Made by a program: the position numbers and the translations under genes. The notes under the pieces were generated by a model that ran no database searches, was not told the DNA's origin, and worked only from the letters and a program-made list of their open reading frames with translations. Shown one piece after another: positions 20,601 to 28,658 of a stretch of 64,000 bases of DNA (positions are counted from its first letter, which is position 1; every line of letters begins with the position of its first letter). The DNA lies in IMG/VR virus record IMGVR_UViG_3300033146_004399, positions 64,001-128,000 of that record. One strand, given 5' to 3'. This DNA is from a virus.

Positions 20601-21152
20601 ACTGGTGGTATTAAATTAGAAGTAGGGGAAAATGGAGAAGCTGTATCGATAACAGATAATAATGTAAGTGGTATAGCATTATTAGGTCCAGGAACCTCAG
20701 GCTCTAAAATTGATAATTTTGAAAAAGTATATAATGCTGTATGGAATGATATTGCCGACTTTATAGAAGTTGAAGCTGGAATCGAATTAGAGTTTGGTAA
20801 AGTATACACTCGTAAAGCAGATGGTACTCATGGTATCTCTTCTACATATATGGAGAAAGGTATATTAGGTCTTGCCTCTGATACGTACGGTTTTGGTGTT
20901 GGTAAGAAAGATAATGCTGTTGGAACTCAAATTCCTGTAGCTATCGGCGGTATTGTACTTGCTCATGTTAAAGAAGAATACGAACCCGGTACTGCATTAA
21001 CATGTGGTCCTAACGGTATTCTCATGGAATTTAAACTTGAAGATAAGAGAAACTTCCCTGAAAGAATAATCGCTACATATTATAAGCCCGAAGTCAGTGA
21101 AGAATGGAATGGTATTACTGTTGATGGAAGACATTGGGTAAAGATTAAATAA
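14679..21152 (+). CDS. Giant tail fibre/adhesin (2157 aa) with nested split repeats and a probable C-terminal intramolecular chaperone domain
   Basis: A/T/D/G/S/V-rich; 7+1+7 internal repeats; C-terminal WNDIADFIE..GILGLASDTYGF..VAIGG resembles autocleaving chaperone domains of trimeric fibres. Confidence 0.8.
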   Translation: MPRLRSEQIQNLTLTNAQIGDGYTYDANGVQIAGFDPTRLIDQQKIKDLEFQPNGWISRGIVNKVDVLPEWTADLEGRLFYIDSTDQLYLGIGTEPWFILISGDQASGWDAELTTRMGSDGTNWNGTMATQFQTLSYTFAADGSDLFVYVNGSLQRLDHDFEIVDERTIRTLRNLNANDVVTMLVILSNSMLNYATKAWVFEKIQAGGINHSLDAAYDDGAVVSVDSRDVDWRLAQDTKFIVSEAISGIALPATHLGTKDITSGHNWQTRWQTFDVVLTNAGTVTGPKTVTLNNPTVTLAEVATEISEALVTAGISNLYGFGDTGFAGLQSTVVGNDISFTLASGSNALPIFGLAPQVVLGDDAYSSYHEFGLDVDASSDAGLEAGEKFWFSVNGTEYFITTGANATYDQVRSSIDTVLDISGFAASTEGVSPNQDIRVTTDLVGLANPTVLADINYAGQIEITQVTTVADVNRSLDGKYFAINSIDANLFGHEKPYYVWYHIDAEQEVSTITTTAEDSNVTLAGSYFDLHSPTTDYFVWFEVETPVSAGYQELGLSALNAGTTTGLTENTTYYFKVAVDGQAQQEFNITTAPDIQPVAEITDVTFPADVAQTYSGRYWELNSQTGSGYYVWYNIDTAAGSEVTDVTTVADTAQSLSGLQFDIHTPSQQYYAWLSMMTDPGLPELAETTDITTVADVAQSLSGSTFYINSADGSPYYVWYEMITDPGAAAVGEISEIVTVADSGQSLSGKYFEVSTISTDYYGWYRMLVAGPVVGQEEITEITTVSDAAKSLSGTYWTFNTPYNEYYVWNRMELTAAEPATAEESTATFNSNVVGDYAGQYITIHNFTTAYDIWFDTTGSDTAPAGAISNPIVADISGAADATAIALIVVNAVKAATTMFSTSSSTGATITFVEDNAGAQNNSADGSNAADVDVATSVTGADYVVATYSTDPAPASKTGVQINVAENDANTVIASAINTQINLLGDVSSSVLGAVITITNDDIGAVADAVDVDSGFSTNVTQQGISSAPATYSTDPAVVGKTGIQINIAEDDSADAVASATQTVLDGMAQFDAGVVNNTVTITATTSGATADATAGNSGFAVSTTQQGSDYIAPTYSTDPAPASKTGIKVVIAEDDIAADVAEATRTAIDLLGSFSATRSNSTITIIDATTGPVTDAVDIDTGFAISVTQQGQDYIAPTYTTEPAGTGIGIKVDIVENDTNIAVAQAVEAAFNGTVGFSATRTNETVTITNDVGGVATNAAASNSGFTINIVEQGYEAYSSTDPAIIGRTSLQVNIIENDTADAIAAKTSTVINASAHFSSSASNDTVTIIDANGGAVTDAVNVDIPAGFSVNVSTPGVDFISADVSWGQILTLLNVSTTSAATWAFNNGDIRLTSDTIGSWTAISLAAGTTGNDFFSSVNDFVSFDAEIPGVSSYSAQPAGVGTPIKVPVLVGANAVNVASSIQTAVDTEGDFNAAVGVNVGVDDHIITVTNVATGFVTDIADHGTAFGLTVFNQGANESTDPVGIGTGIQVDINKDDSATDVATKTQAAVDSDGEFYVTRLDAVLSVQNDFSGAVTLAADVDSGFAFTRTGLGEDVKYGIFSANGLNITLPAAVDGIDAVPASIAVGTADLSGGYNFYTFPKDFAVVISGEPLVEVFLDEAAYNASEVVSKANTKIADAGITNLEAYQEAGHIGFRTLLTGLAQSLDLRDSLSDALVTLGWTAGIYSGTLGPADSIFQVDALASGNEIRFDADVLPLATGTNNIGSEDYKVKEIWAQDAHFDAGTIYIGNAKISEETNEFAFTVDDGVNEWDHFGNTNSAIAPVGADRIGVAGVVGVIPEISGGSAAPGDPGTLQEMLTGFAKSAGGVKVFPDMGTTTGTYGDPTNLKGFLLEKAAGLYLKVGEIVYIKDINRSVMVLLQGTGVVEDFDWTYLEGAVHAVGGESIKYDLTALDANGAPTTGTLPVDSFYVKTTGGIKLEVGENGEAVSITDNNVSGIALLGPGTSGSKIDNFEKVYNAVWNDIADFIEVEAGIELEFGKVYTRKADGTHGISSTYMEKGILGLASDTYGFGVGKKDNAVGTQIPVAIGGIVLAHVKEEYEPGTALTCGPNGILMEFKLEDKRNFPERIIATYYKPEVSEEWNGITVDGRHWVKIK

Positions 21153-21158
21153 TTACAT

Positions 21159-21185
21159 AAAAACCTCCTCCGGGAGGTTTTTTTT
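21159..21185 (+). terminator. Intrinsic terminator
   Basis: AAAAACCTCC-tccg-GGAGGTTTTTTTT. Confidence 0.85.
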
Positions 21186-21208
21186 ATACTCTTTCAGCAT
21201 ACTTAATT

Positions 21209-21236
21209 TTGGACAATTTTAATAATATGGTATAAT
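21209..21236 (+). promoter_or_regulatory. Sigma70-like promoter TTGGAC-N16-TATAAT with extended -10
   Basis: TTGGAC 21209-14, TG-n-TATAAT 21231-36; one of 9 copies. Confidence 0.7.
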
Positions 21237-21286
21237 TAAACATAACAAAGTACAGATGGTGCTTAATAAGAATAAGAGGTGATAAG

Positions 21287-22681
21287 ATGAAAAAAATTAT
21301 AAGTTTAGTTATTTTGGTTCTTTTGGTATTTATGAGTTGTGATATAAACAACTTGGTTGATAACGCTACAGATAATAGTGCTACAGATAATAGTGCTACA
21401 GATAATAGTGCTACAGATAATAGTGCTACAGATGATAGTTATATGATTGAAGGTAGGATTATAAATCTTATTGCAAATTATAGTTCTGCTACATTAGTAT
21501 ATAATTATGAAATAACTTCAAAAAGTTCTTTTAGAGGTATTATTGCTATTGACAATGAAGTAGTTATAGCAGTAAGTGAAATTCCTGGTATTGGTACAGT
21601 GGTTAAAACTGAGAATGGTAAGTATTATTTAGAAGATGTAAATACTTTTAATGAAATTATGCTGCCAGCTGGTACAACTACTTTACATATTTATCAGTTT
21701 AGTAAATATGGTACAGATATTTATTATGGTGTTGATAATAAACTTTATAAAGAACCTTTTAGTGGATTTGATAATAATTTTAATGGTACGGTTATAGTTG
21801 ATGGCCAGATATTTTCTGATACTGGAAACCTTATAACTGAACTTCAATATGTTGTAAGTGATACAGGAGAAGTACGATATAATACAAGAGGAGTTAGTGA
21901 TGGCGTCCACATGGATAGTGTTCAATTGGAATGGGATAGTAATGGAACTGCTACTGTAGACGATGATACTTCTCATTTTAATGATAATAAAACTTCTGTA
22001 AATTTTTCTTATGCATATTGTAATGCTGATGGTAATTTAGTTGCAATGTCAGATAATACAATTTTAAGTTATGATGTTTTGGTAAATGGATCATCTTATA
22101 TTGCTCCATTAGGGTTCAACATTATGTTTTTTGGCCAAAATCAGGAATTAAATAATGTTGCAGTATATAATAGAATTGATTCATCTAACCCATGTGCATG
22201 GACTGGAGATTTTTCTTTTCCACGAGATACTATGTTTCATTCTTATAGAGATCATCAAGTATATTTTGTAAATGATAATGAAAGAAAATATATTGAATTA
22301 AATTCTGACGGTGATGATGTGGTTGTCAAAGTTCATACAACATCTTCAACTGGTATAACGGAAGTGGGAACATTTAACGTTAATTTTGAGACTGTTGATA
22401 CTTATGACAAATTGATTCCTAATATGTGGGTTGATACTAACAATGATGTATACATAATAGTAGGAAATAAACTTTATAAAAATACTATTACAGATGGATA
22501 TGAAAATATAACTGATATGACTGCGTTTTATACTCACGGTTCAAGGCTTGATGCTGTAACTGTACTTCCTCGAGCAAACGTTAATGATCCTGCAACAATT
22601 ATAGTTATGGACGAAGGTGTTAATTGGTATAATACTGACGGTTCTCCTTATACTGGTGCTAATATAGTAGCAGAATATTAA
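21287..22681 (+). CDS. Lipoprotein with tandem-repeat linker
   Basis: Signal peptide MKKIISLVILVLLVFMS-C; (ATDNS)n immediately after the Cys region. Confidence 0.75.
   Translation: MKKIISLVILVLLVFMSCDINNLVDNATDNSATDNSATDNSATDNSATDDSYMIEGRIINLIANYSSATLVYNYEITSKSSFRGIIAIDNEVVIAVSEIPGIGTVVKTENGKYYLEDVNTFNEIMLPAGTTTLHIYQFSKYGTDIYYGVDNKLYKEPFSGFDNNFNGTVIVDGQIFSDTGNLITELQYVVSDTGEVRYNTRGVSDGVHMDSVQLEWDSNGTATVDDDTSHFNDNKTSVNFSYAYCNADGNLVAMSDNTILSYDVLVNGSSYIAPLGFNIMFFGQNQELNNVAVYNRIDSSNPCAWTGDFSFPRDTMFHSYRDHQVYFVNDNERKYIELNSDGDDVVVKVHTTSSTGITEVGTFNVNFETVDTYDKLIPNMWVDTNNDVYIIVGNKLYKNTITDGYENITDMTAFYTHGSRLDAVTVLPRANVNDPATIIVMDEGVNWYNTDGSPYTGANIVAEY
21365..21439 (+). repeat. In-frame 15-bp tandem repeat x5 (GCTACAGATAATAGT)
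   Basis: Four identical units plus a fifth with one mismatch. Confidence 0.97.
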
Positions 22682-22701
22682 ACCTAATAAGATTAAATTT
22701 C

Positions 22702-22724
22702 AGGCTCCCGAAAGGGAGTCTTTA
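22702..22724 (+). terminator. Hairpin with GAAA tetraloop, probable terminator
   Basis: AGGCTCCC-gaaa-GGGAGTCT-TTT. Confidence 0.65.
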
Positions 22725-22741
22725 CTAGGTAGGGGGGATAT

Positions 22742-23338
22742 GTGAAGAGTGTAATAAAAGTGTTAAAAGATAAAAATCTTAATTTTAAAGTTAAAGAACG
22801 TAAAAATAAAATTATTTTTAAATTTGAGAATAAAAAAGATTTAGATGCTGCAATTATGATTGTTAGAACTCCTCTGAATAGTGGTAATGACGTGCTTGAC
22901 ACACATTGGGAAGAGCATAAACAATTATTTGTTCAGAAATCTAATGCTAAGAAATTAACAATGACATTAATTGACATAGATGTTATAAAGCAAGAACCAA
23001 ATCCAATAGTTAAAAATGACGACGGATCATATACACTTACAGCTACTAAGAATGGAATGGAGAATTTTCTTAAATTAACATTTCAAAATGAATTTGGTAT
23101 TACTTTGAAAAAAGGCGTAGGTAAATTTAAGACTGAAAGAGAAGCAAGTGAAGCATACGATTCTTTAATTAAAGATGATTTTATTCCATCTTGGGGTTAT
23201 ACTTTCAATCTTAAGGGTAGAAAAATTATTTGTGGTATCGCTTTTTTACACGAAATGACATTTTTTGATTCATTAGATGATTCTAGTTATATGGATGAAG
23301 CTGTAAAGAAATATAAAGCTATTGAAATAAATCCTTAA
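22742..23338 (+). CDS. Hypothetical protein
   Basis: 198-aa ORF, GTG start with GGGGGA RBS. Confidence 0.65.
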   Translation: MKSVIKVLKDKNLNFKVKERKNKIIFKFENKKDLDAAIMIVRTPLNSGNDVLDTHWEEHKQLFVQKSNAKKLTMTLIDIDVIKQEPNPIVKNDDGSYTLTATKNGMENFLKLTFQNEFGITLKKGVGKFKTEREASEAYDSLIKDDFIPSWGYTFNLKGRKIICGIAFLHEMTFFDSLDDSSYMDEAVKKYKAIEINP

Positions 23339-23960
23339 GGCTATCGTCCTCTTGCTCTATTTCATCGGCACCTATTATTCTACCATATGTTTTAGCCCCA
23401 TATTCAATTTGGGGCTTTATTAAATTAGTTTTATGGCCTCGTCGAAATATAATATGCATATCCCATGATGTATGTTGTTCTCCTGGTAATGATTTTATTT
23501 TAGAGTCATATGATAGAGATTTATTTTTATTTGTAGCATTTAATGCATACTCTCTTATACTACGAATCATTTGAAGATATACATTATCGTCCATAACAAA
23601 TTTATTTATTTTACTAGGAACGCTTTTCTCGAAACCGTAATTTTTAGCAAAATTTCGTCGTAAACTATCTTCAAATTCTGATAATGATTTAAATTGTTTT
23701 ATACCATTACCAAATATAGAATCTAGTCCTTCGGTTTTAATTATTACGGGTATGTGTACTTTACCCTCTACGTCAATATGGGCAAATTCTATAGTCATTT
23801 CACCTACTTCTCTTCCAGAGTTTATTGTGCGATCTCGTCTTATTTTTTTCTTTCTGTTAATTTCTATTGTTTTTGTATTATTCTTAATACGTTCTTTTCG
23901 TCTAAGATGAAGTTGTTTATCAAATTTATTATTTTCATTCATTACTTGTTTTAATTTCAT
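23319..23960 (-). CDS. Hypothetical protein (MKLKQVMNE N-terminus)
   Basis: 213-aa ORF. Confidence 0.65.
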   Translation of the reverse strand: MKLKQVMNENNKFDKQLHLRRKERIKNNTKTIEINRKKKIRRDRTINSGREVGEMTIEFAHIDVEGKVHIPVIIKTEGLDSIFGNGIKQFKSLSEFEDSLRRNFAKNYGFEKSVPSKINKFVMDDNVYLQMIRSIREYALNATNKNKSLSYDSKIKSLPGEQHTSWDMHIIFRRGHKTNLIKPQIEYGAKTYGRIIGADEIEQEDDSLKDLFQ

Positions 23961-24027
23961 ACAATTATCTTATACAAAAAGCATATTTATTTATACTTGT
24001 TGTAAGATAAAATCAAAGGAGATATTA

Positions 24028-24684
24028 ATGCCGATAGAAATTGGTCTACTAAATGTAGATATGAATTTTATAAATAAACCTGAAGTTGTAGGAAATCAAT
24101 TGATAAATAATGATTTTATAAGTACAACCGATATAAAAACTATGCTTCATAGAAATTTGAAACCTGAAGCAATAGTAAAAAAAATGAAATTAAAACATAA
24201 ACATAGAGGGGTTATAACCTCATCAACAGAACAAATTCTCCCTTATTATAAAAAACTTATAGATAAGAAAGTACTTATACCAAAGAGATTTTCATTTGTT
24301 AACGTTAGTTCCCATTGTAACATATATTCATATGGTGGTAGTGCAGAATATATGGGTAAAGATGAGATACATGATTACAACCACCATAATGCATTTGTTT
24401 ATCTTTTTAAGAAAGGATATATAGATAAAATAACTTGGGTTGTTCCAGATCACTATACCGAGAATCAAATAGACGGACATTTTAAAGCTATGGATTTTTA
24501 TAAAAAAAATGCTTATCATATTATAAGTATAAATCAAGGATTAAGAATTATAGTACAAGTAATTAAATGGAGTCAATTTTTAACATCTAAATATGAATGG
24601 AAAGCAATAACACTTATTGCAAATCCACACACAGCTAAATATACATCGGAAGATTTACAAGAATTAAAAAAGTTAATTAGTTAG
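24028..24684 (+). CDS. Hypothetical protein, possibly degenerate arginase-like/UPF0489 fold
   Basis: FVNVSSHCNI loosely resembles xHxDxHxD; KITWVVP. Confidence 0.45.
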   Translation: MPIEIGLLNVDMNFINKPEVVGNQLINNDFISTTDIKTMLHRNLKPEAIVKKMKLKHKHRGVITSSTEQILPYYKKLIDKKVLIPKRFSFVNVSSHCNIYSYGGSAEYMGKDEIHDYNHHNAFVYLFKKGYIDKITWVVPDHYTENQIDGHFKAMDFYKKNAYHIISINQGLRIIVQVIKWSQFLTSKYEWKAITLIANPHTAKYTSEDLQELKKLIS

Positions 24685-24692
24685 GAGAAAAA

Positions 24693-24956
24693 ATGAACAA
24701 TATTAGAATGGTAAAAGATGAAAAAGGCGATATATATTTAAGTCAAGACGATTTATTATCGATTTTTGCGGATAGGTTAAAACTCTTCCCCGGGGAAATA
24801 GAAGCCCTTAAAACAGAAAAAGAAAGTTCGATAGTTAATTTAGATGGTTCAAGAAATATAATTCCACCAACAGAGAAAGATGTATTAGATTCTATAAGAT
24901 ATGAAGGTATGCAAAAAATGCTCGAGGGTATTATAGCCATGATTGATATTGAATGA
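24693..24956 (+). CDS. Hypothetical protein
   Basis: 87-aa ORF with GGAG RBS. Confidence 0.6.
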   Translation: MNNIRMVKDEKGDIYLSQDDLLSIFADRLKLFPGEIEALKTEKESSIVNLDGSRNIIPPTEKDVLDSIRYEGMQKMLEGIIAMIDIE

Positions 24957-25297
24957 TTAGCGACCCGGCTAGTATAACTGCAGATGTAAGTAATATAGAA
25001 GGCGTAAAGCTTAAAGCTATGTTATACACACACACTAACACTACTGTTTCGGTAGGTATTGCAATTGGTTCTGGTCCTGTTGCCTTGAAAAAAGATTTTA
25101 GAATAAATGAAATAAAAAAAGAAATTCATTCTGTGTCTATAGTTGGATTTAATATAAACGAAGGTATAATTATACAAATAATAGCCGGTAGCTTTGCAGA
25201 TGATACTATGGAAATTATAGAAGAAAGTCTTATTTTAACTAATAAAGAAATAGGATTATTAACATCTGATATAGCTTTAAAATTATTAGTTGAATAG
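24953..25297 (+). CDS. Hypothetical protein (ends in TAG in frame with the next gene)
   Basis: 114-aa ORF. Confidence 0.6.
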   Translation: MISDPASITADVSNIEGVKLKAMLYTHTNTTVSVGIAIGSGPVALKKDFRINEIKKEIHSVSIVGFNINEGIIIQIIAGSFADDTMEIIEESLILTNKEIGLLTSDIALKLLVE

Positions 25298-25330
25298 CAT
25301 ATTTTTACACTTTTTTACAAGATAAACTAT

Positions 25331-26227
25331 ATGGGAAAAAAACTAACAACGCAAGAATTTATAGAAAAAGTTAAAGCTATTCATGGTAATAGATATGATT
25401 ATTCTTTAGTTAATTATAGAGGTGCACATAAGAAAATAAATATAATATGTCTAAAGCATGGAGTATTTGTACAAACCGCAAATAATCATTACCGCGGAAA
25501 TAATTGTCCTAAATGTTATGCAGATATATTAAAAAATTCACGTAAAGACGACTATAATAGTTTTATATCAAAAGTTAAAAAGCTTAATAATAAATATGAT
25601 TATTCTTTGGTAGAATATGTAGATAGTCAAACTAAAGTTAAAATAATATGCTCTGAACATGGTGTGTTTGAACAAACACCAAATAACCATATAACTAAAA
25701 AACAAGGTTGCCCTATATGCGGTGGAAGTAAAAAGCTAACTACTGATATTTTTATTCAGAGAGCAAAAAAAATACACAATAATAAATATGATTATTCTAA
25801 ATCTTTATATATGGGTATGGAGGTAAAAATTGATATAATATGTTCAAAACATGGAATATTTAAACAAGTTCCAAAACATCATTTAAATAATCATGGGTGC
25901 CCGATATGCAATGAATCTAAAGGCGAAAAAGCTGTGGCAAAATATCTAGATGATAATAATATTAAATATATAAGACAAAAAAGATTTAATGATTGTAGGA
26001 ATAAACACCCGCTATCTTTTGATTTTTATGTTCCAAAAAATAATATTTTAATAGAATATGACGGAATACAACATTTTGAAATAAATGAACATTTTGGCGG
26101 TAAGAAAGGTCTAGAACATATACAAAAAAATGATGGAATAAAAAATAAATATTGCAAAAATAATAATATAAAACTTATCAGAATAAAATATAATGAAAAT
26201 ATCAAAAATAAATTGGAGCTGATATAA
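25331..26227 (+). CDS. Zn-ribbon repeat (x3) endonuclease, paralog, directly upstream of terL
   Basis: 3 repeats, then ESKGEKAVA..LSFDFYVP..LIEYDGIQH. Confidence 0.8.
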   Translation: MGKKLTTQEFIEKVKAIHGNRYDYSLVNYRGAHKKINIICLKHGVFVQTANNHYRGNNCPKCYADILKNSRKDDYNSFISKVKKLNNKYDYSLVEYVDSQTKVKIICSEHGVFEQTPNNHITKKQGCPICGGSKKLTTDIFIQRAKKIHNNKYDYSKSLYMGMEVKIDIICSKHGIFKQVPKHHLNNHGCPICNESKGEKAVAKYLDDNNIKYIRQKRFNDCRNKHPLSFDFYVPKNNILIEYDGIQHFEINEHFGGKKGLEHIQKNDGIKNKYCKNNNIKLIRIKYNENIKNKLELI

Positions 26228-28188
26228 TGGCGCAGTCGGCAATAACTCGAAAACAATATGTACAAAATCTTGTAAAAGAAAAGTATGAGCAGTACGCTTT
26301 AAAAATACCATATAATAAATTAAGATGGTCTGATGATTACATTGATGTTACCTTAAATGATGGTACTGTCGAAGTAGTTGATCGCCTTGTTGAGTTCACG
26401 TTATGCAAGACATCATCGTACTATTTCATTGATAGATATTGTTTTACTAATCATCCTAAACTGGGATTCGTTCCATTTAAATTGCACGACTTTCAAAAGC
26501 AAGCTTTAAAAGACTTCCAGGAACATAATAAAGTTATTTTCAGAAAATCTAGGCAAATTGGTATAAGTGTAATATCTGGTGCTTACGCCCTTTGGCGGGG
26601 CAATTTCTATAAAAATCAAATGATTAAAGTAATCTCCCTCACCAAGGCAGACGCCATAGAATTTAAAGATAAAACTATCGATCTCAACTATGAGAAAATG
26701 CCTGGTTTTCTTAAAACAGCTGCTAAAGCTGGAAGGCTTGGTAGAACTAAATTTGAATTAATAAATGGTTCTCAAATACAGGTACTTCCAAAAAGTAAAA
26801 ATGCTGGTCGTGGTTCTACACCATCACTGGTAATAATCGATGAAGCAGCTTTTAATGAGTGGATGGATGATATATGGAAAGCAATCGAACCGGCATTAGA
26901 TAAAGGTGGAGATATAATTGTAATTTCAACGACAAATGGTGTTGGTAATTGGTATCACTTAACATATACAAGGGCTGAAGAAGAATTGAATGAATTCTAT
27001 CCCATTTTTATCCCTTGGTGGAGATATCCAGACCGTTCTAATCCTTGGCTTCCTATGGTTATGGAAAAAATTAAGAATAAAGAATGGGATGATAATAAAG
27101 TACAAGAATATGTTAAAAAAATGGAAACTGAACAACTATCATACAAGGGTAGTCCTAAAACTGCTCCTTGGTTATGGATAAGAAGAGCTAACGCAAAGTC
27201 AGAGCAAGAATTTAACCAAGAAATCATGGCTCAATTTTTAGGTTCTGGTTCTACCGTTATACCTTACAGAGAAATTGAAAGAATTGATGAGGAATGGGTT
27301 TGTGAACCTAAGTGGAAGGATGTTCTTCCACAAGACGAAAATAATGAAATTATAAAAGGTTTGTGGATTTGGAAGGATAGAAATATAAATTCTATGTATA
27401 TGTTAACATCAGATACTGCGACAGGTCACGGAAAAGATTATTCAACTATGCATGTTATAGATGTCTATCAAAGGGAACAAGTTGCTGAATATAAATGGCA
27501 AGTACCAACAGATGAGATGGGCAGACTAATAAAAAAAGTTGCTACATATTATAATGGTGCGTATGTTCTTATAGAATGTAATCATCCAGGACCTGCAACA
27601 TTTAATGAAGTTTATAAGCATAAAACTGATCCTTATTACAATTGTTACGTTAAAATGAAAAGTGGTAACCCATGGGGTTGGGATACAACTGCCAAAAGTC
27701 GCGTTCTTCTAGTTGAGGACTTTTACAAAGATATTCTTAATCAAACAACAAAAATATATTCATCACGTCTTTCTAACGAAATTAAAACTTTTATCTGGAC
27801 TGAAGGTGGTAAGCCGGAAGCAGCCCGTGGTAATAACGACGACCTTCTTATAGCTTATACATTTTATACTCATTTAGTTGATAATGTTTTTTCAGCTCAA
27901 CCAGCTGCAATACACAGTAGTAAAAAAATTGTAGATTATAATAACATGAACAAATTTGAAGAAGATTGGGAAGAGAGAGAAGACATGTTTATTAACTCCC
28001 ATGGTATGAGTATGAAAGACTGGTATTGGATACAAGGTAAACCTTTACCGAAAGAATATGTTGAATGGAAAAGAGCAGAAGAGGCTGAAGATGGTATTGT
28101 AGATAGAGAAAGTGATATTTCACTTTTAGAAGATATAAATAACAGAAAAAATTTAGGCTTAACTCCGCCACCTTCTTGGATTAAATAA
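26227..28188 (+). CDS. terL: Terminase large subunit (T4 gp17-like)
   Basis: KLHDFQK; Walker A RKSRQIGIS; Walker B VIIDEAAF; ISTTNG coupling motif; nuclease SDTATGHGKDYS and DDLLIA. Confidence 0.93.
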   Translation: MAQSAITRKQYVQNLVKEKYEQYALKIPYNKLRWSDDYIDVTLNDGTVEVVDRLVEFTLCKTSSYYFIDRYCFTNHPKLGFVPFKLHDFQKQALKDFQEHNKVIFRKSRQIGISVISGAYALWRGNFYKNQMIKVISLTKADAIEFKDKTIDLNYEKMPGFLKTAAKAGRLGRTKFELINGSQIQVLPKSKNAGRGSTPSLVIIDEAAFNEWMDDIWKAIEPALDKGGDIIVISTTNGVGNWYHLTYTRAEEELNEFYPIFIPWWRYPDRSNPWLPMVMEKIKNKEWDDNKVQEYVKKMETEQLSYKGSPKTAPWLWIRRANAKSEQEFNQEIMAQFLGSGSTVIPYREIERIDEEWVCEPKWKDVLPQDENNEIIKGLWIWKDRNINSMYMLTSDTATGHGKDYSTMHVIDVYQREQVAEYKWQVPTDEMGRLIKKVATYYNGAYVLIECNHPGPATFNEVYKHKTDPYYNCYVKMKSGNPWGWDTTAKSRVLLVEDFYKDILNQTTKIYSSRLSNEIKTFIWTEGGKPEAARGNNDDLLIAYTFYTHLVDNVFSAQPAAIHSSKKIVDYNNMNKFEEDWEEREDMFINSHGMSMKDWYWIQGKPLPKEYVEWKRAEEAEDGIVDRESDISLLEDINNRKNLGLTPPPSWIK

Positions 28189-28657
28189 TATTAAAAAATA
28201 TTAATTCGTTTTCTTCTTCTTTGTTTAAATCTATTACATTGTACTCTTCTTGCAATTTTAAATGTTTTGTTATAAACACATGGTTAAATAATATTACATT
28301 TTTAATTTTTATATTTGGATATTTTTGTTTAATAGTATTTAAAAACAATATATCTTTGTCGACATTTATTATTGCAATACTCCATTCTATATCTGTTACG
28401 AAGTTTTCATTCATGTATTTTTTTTCTAAAATATAATTTAAATTGTCATGATATGGAATTTCATTTATATTTGGAAAAATAGAAACAAATTCTTTAATAT
28501 CGAATATACATGCGCTGCCTTGCTGGTGGTTTACATTAAAAATTTCAAATAAAGATGTATACATGTCAAAATCATAATTTTTACTGTCAAAATTTCTTAC
28601 TAATTCATCACTTATATTGTTTAGATTAAATTTTTTTGTTTTTAATAATATTAGCAT
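28181..28657 (-). CDS. Hypothetical protein
   Basis: 158-aa ORF. Confidence 0.55.
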   Translation of the reverse strand: MLILLKTKKFNLNNISDELVRNFDSKNYDFDMYTSLFEIFNVNHQQGSACIFDIKEFVSIFPNINEIPYHDNLNYILEKKYMNENFVTDIEWSIAIINVDKDILFLNTIKQKYPNIKIKNVILFNHVFITKHLKLQEEYNVIDLNKEEENELIFFNII

Positions 28658-28658
28658 T

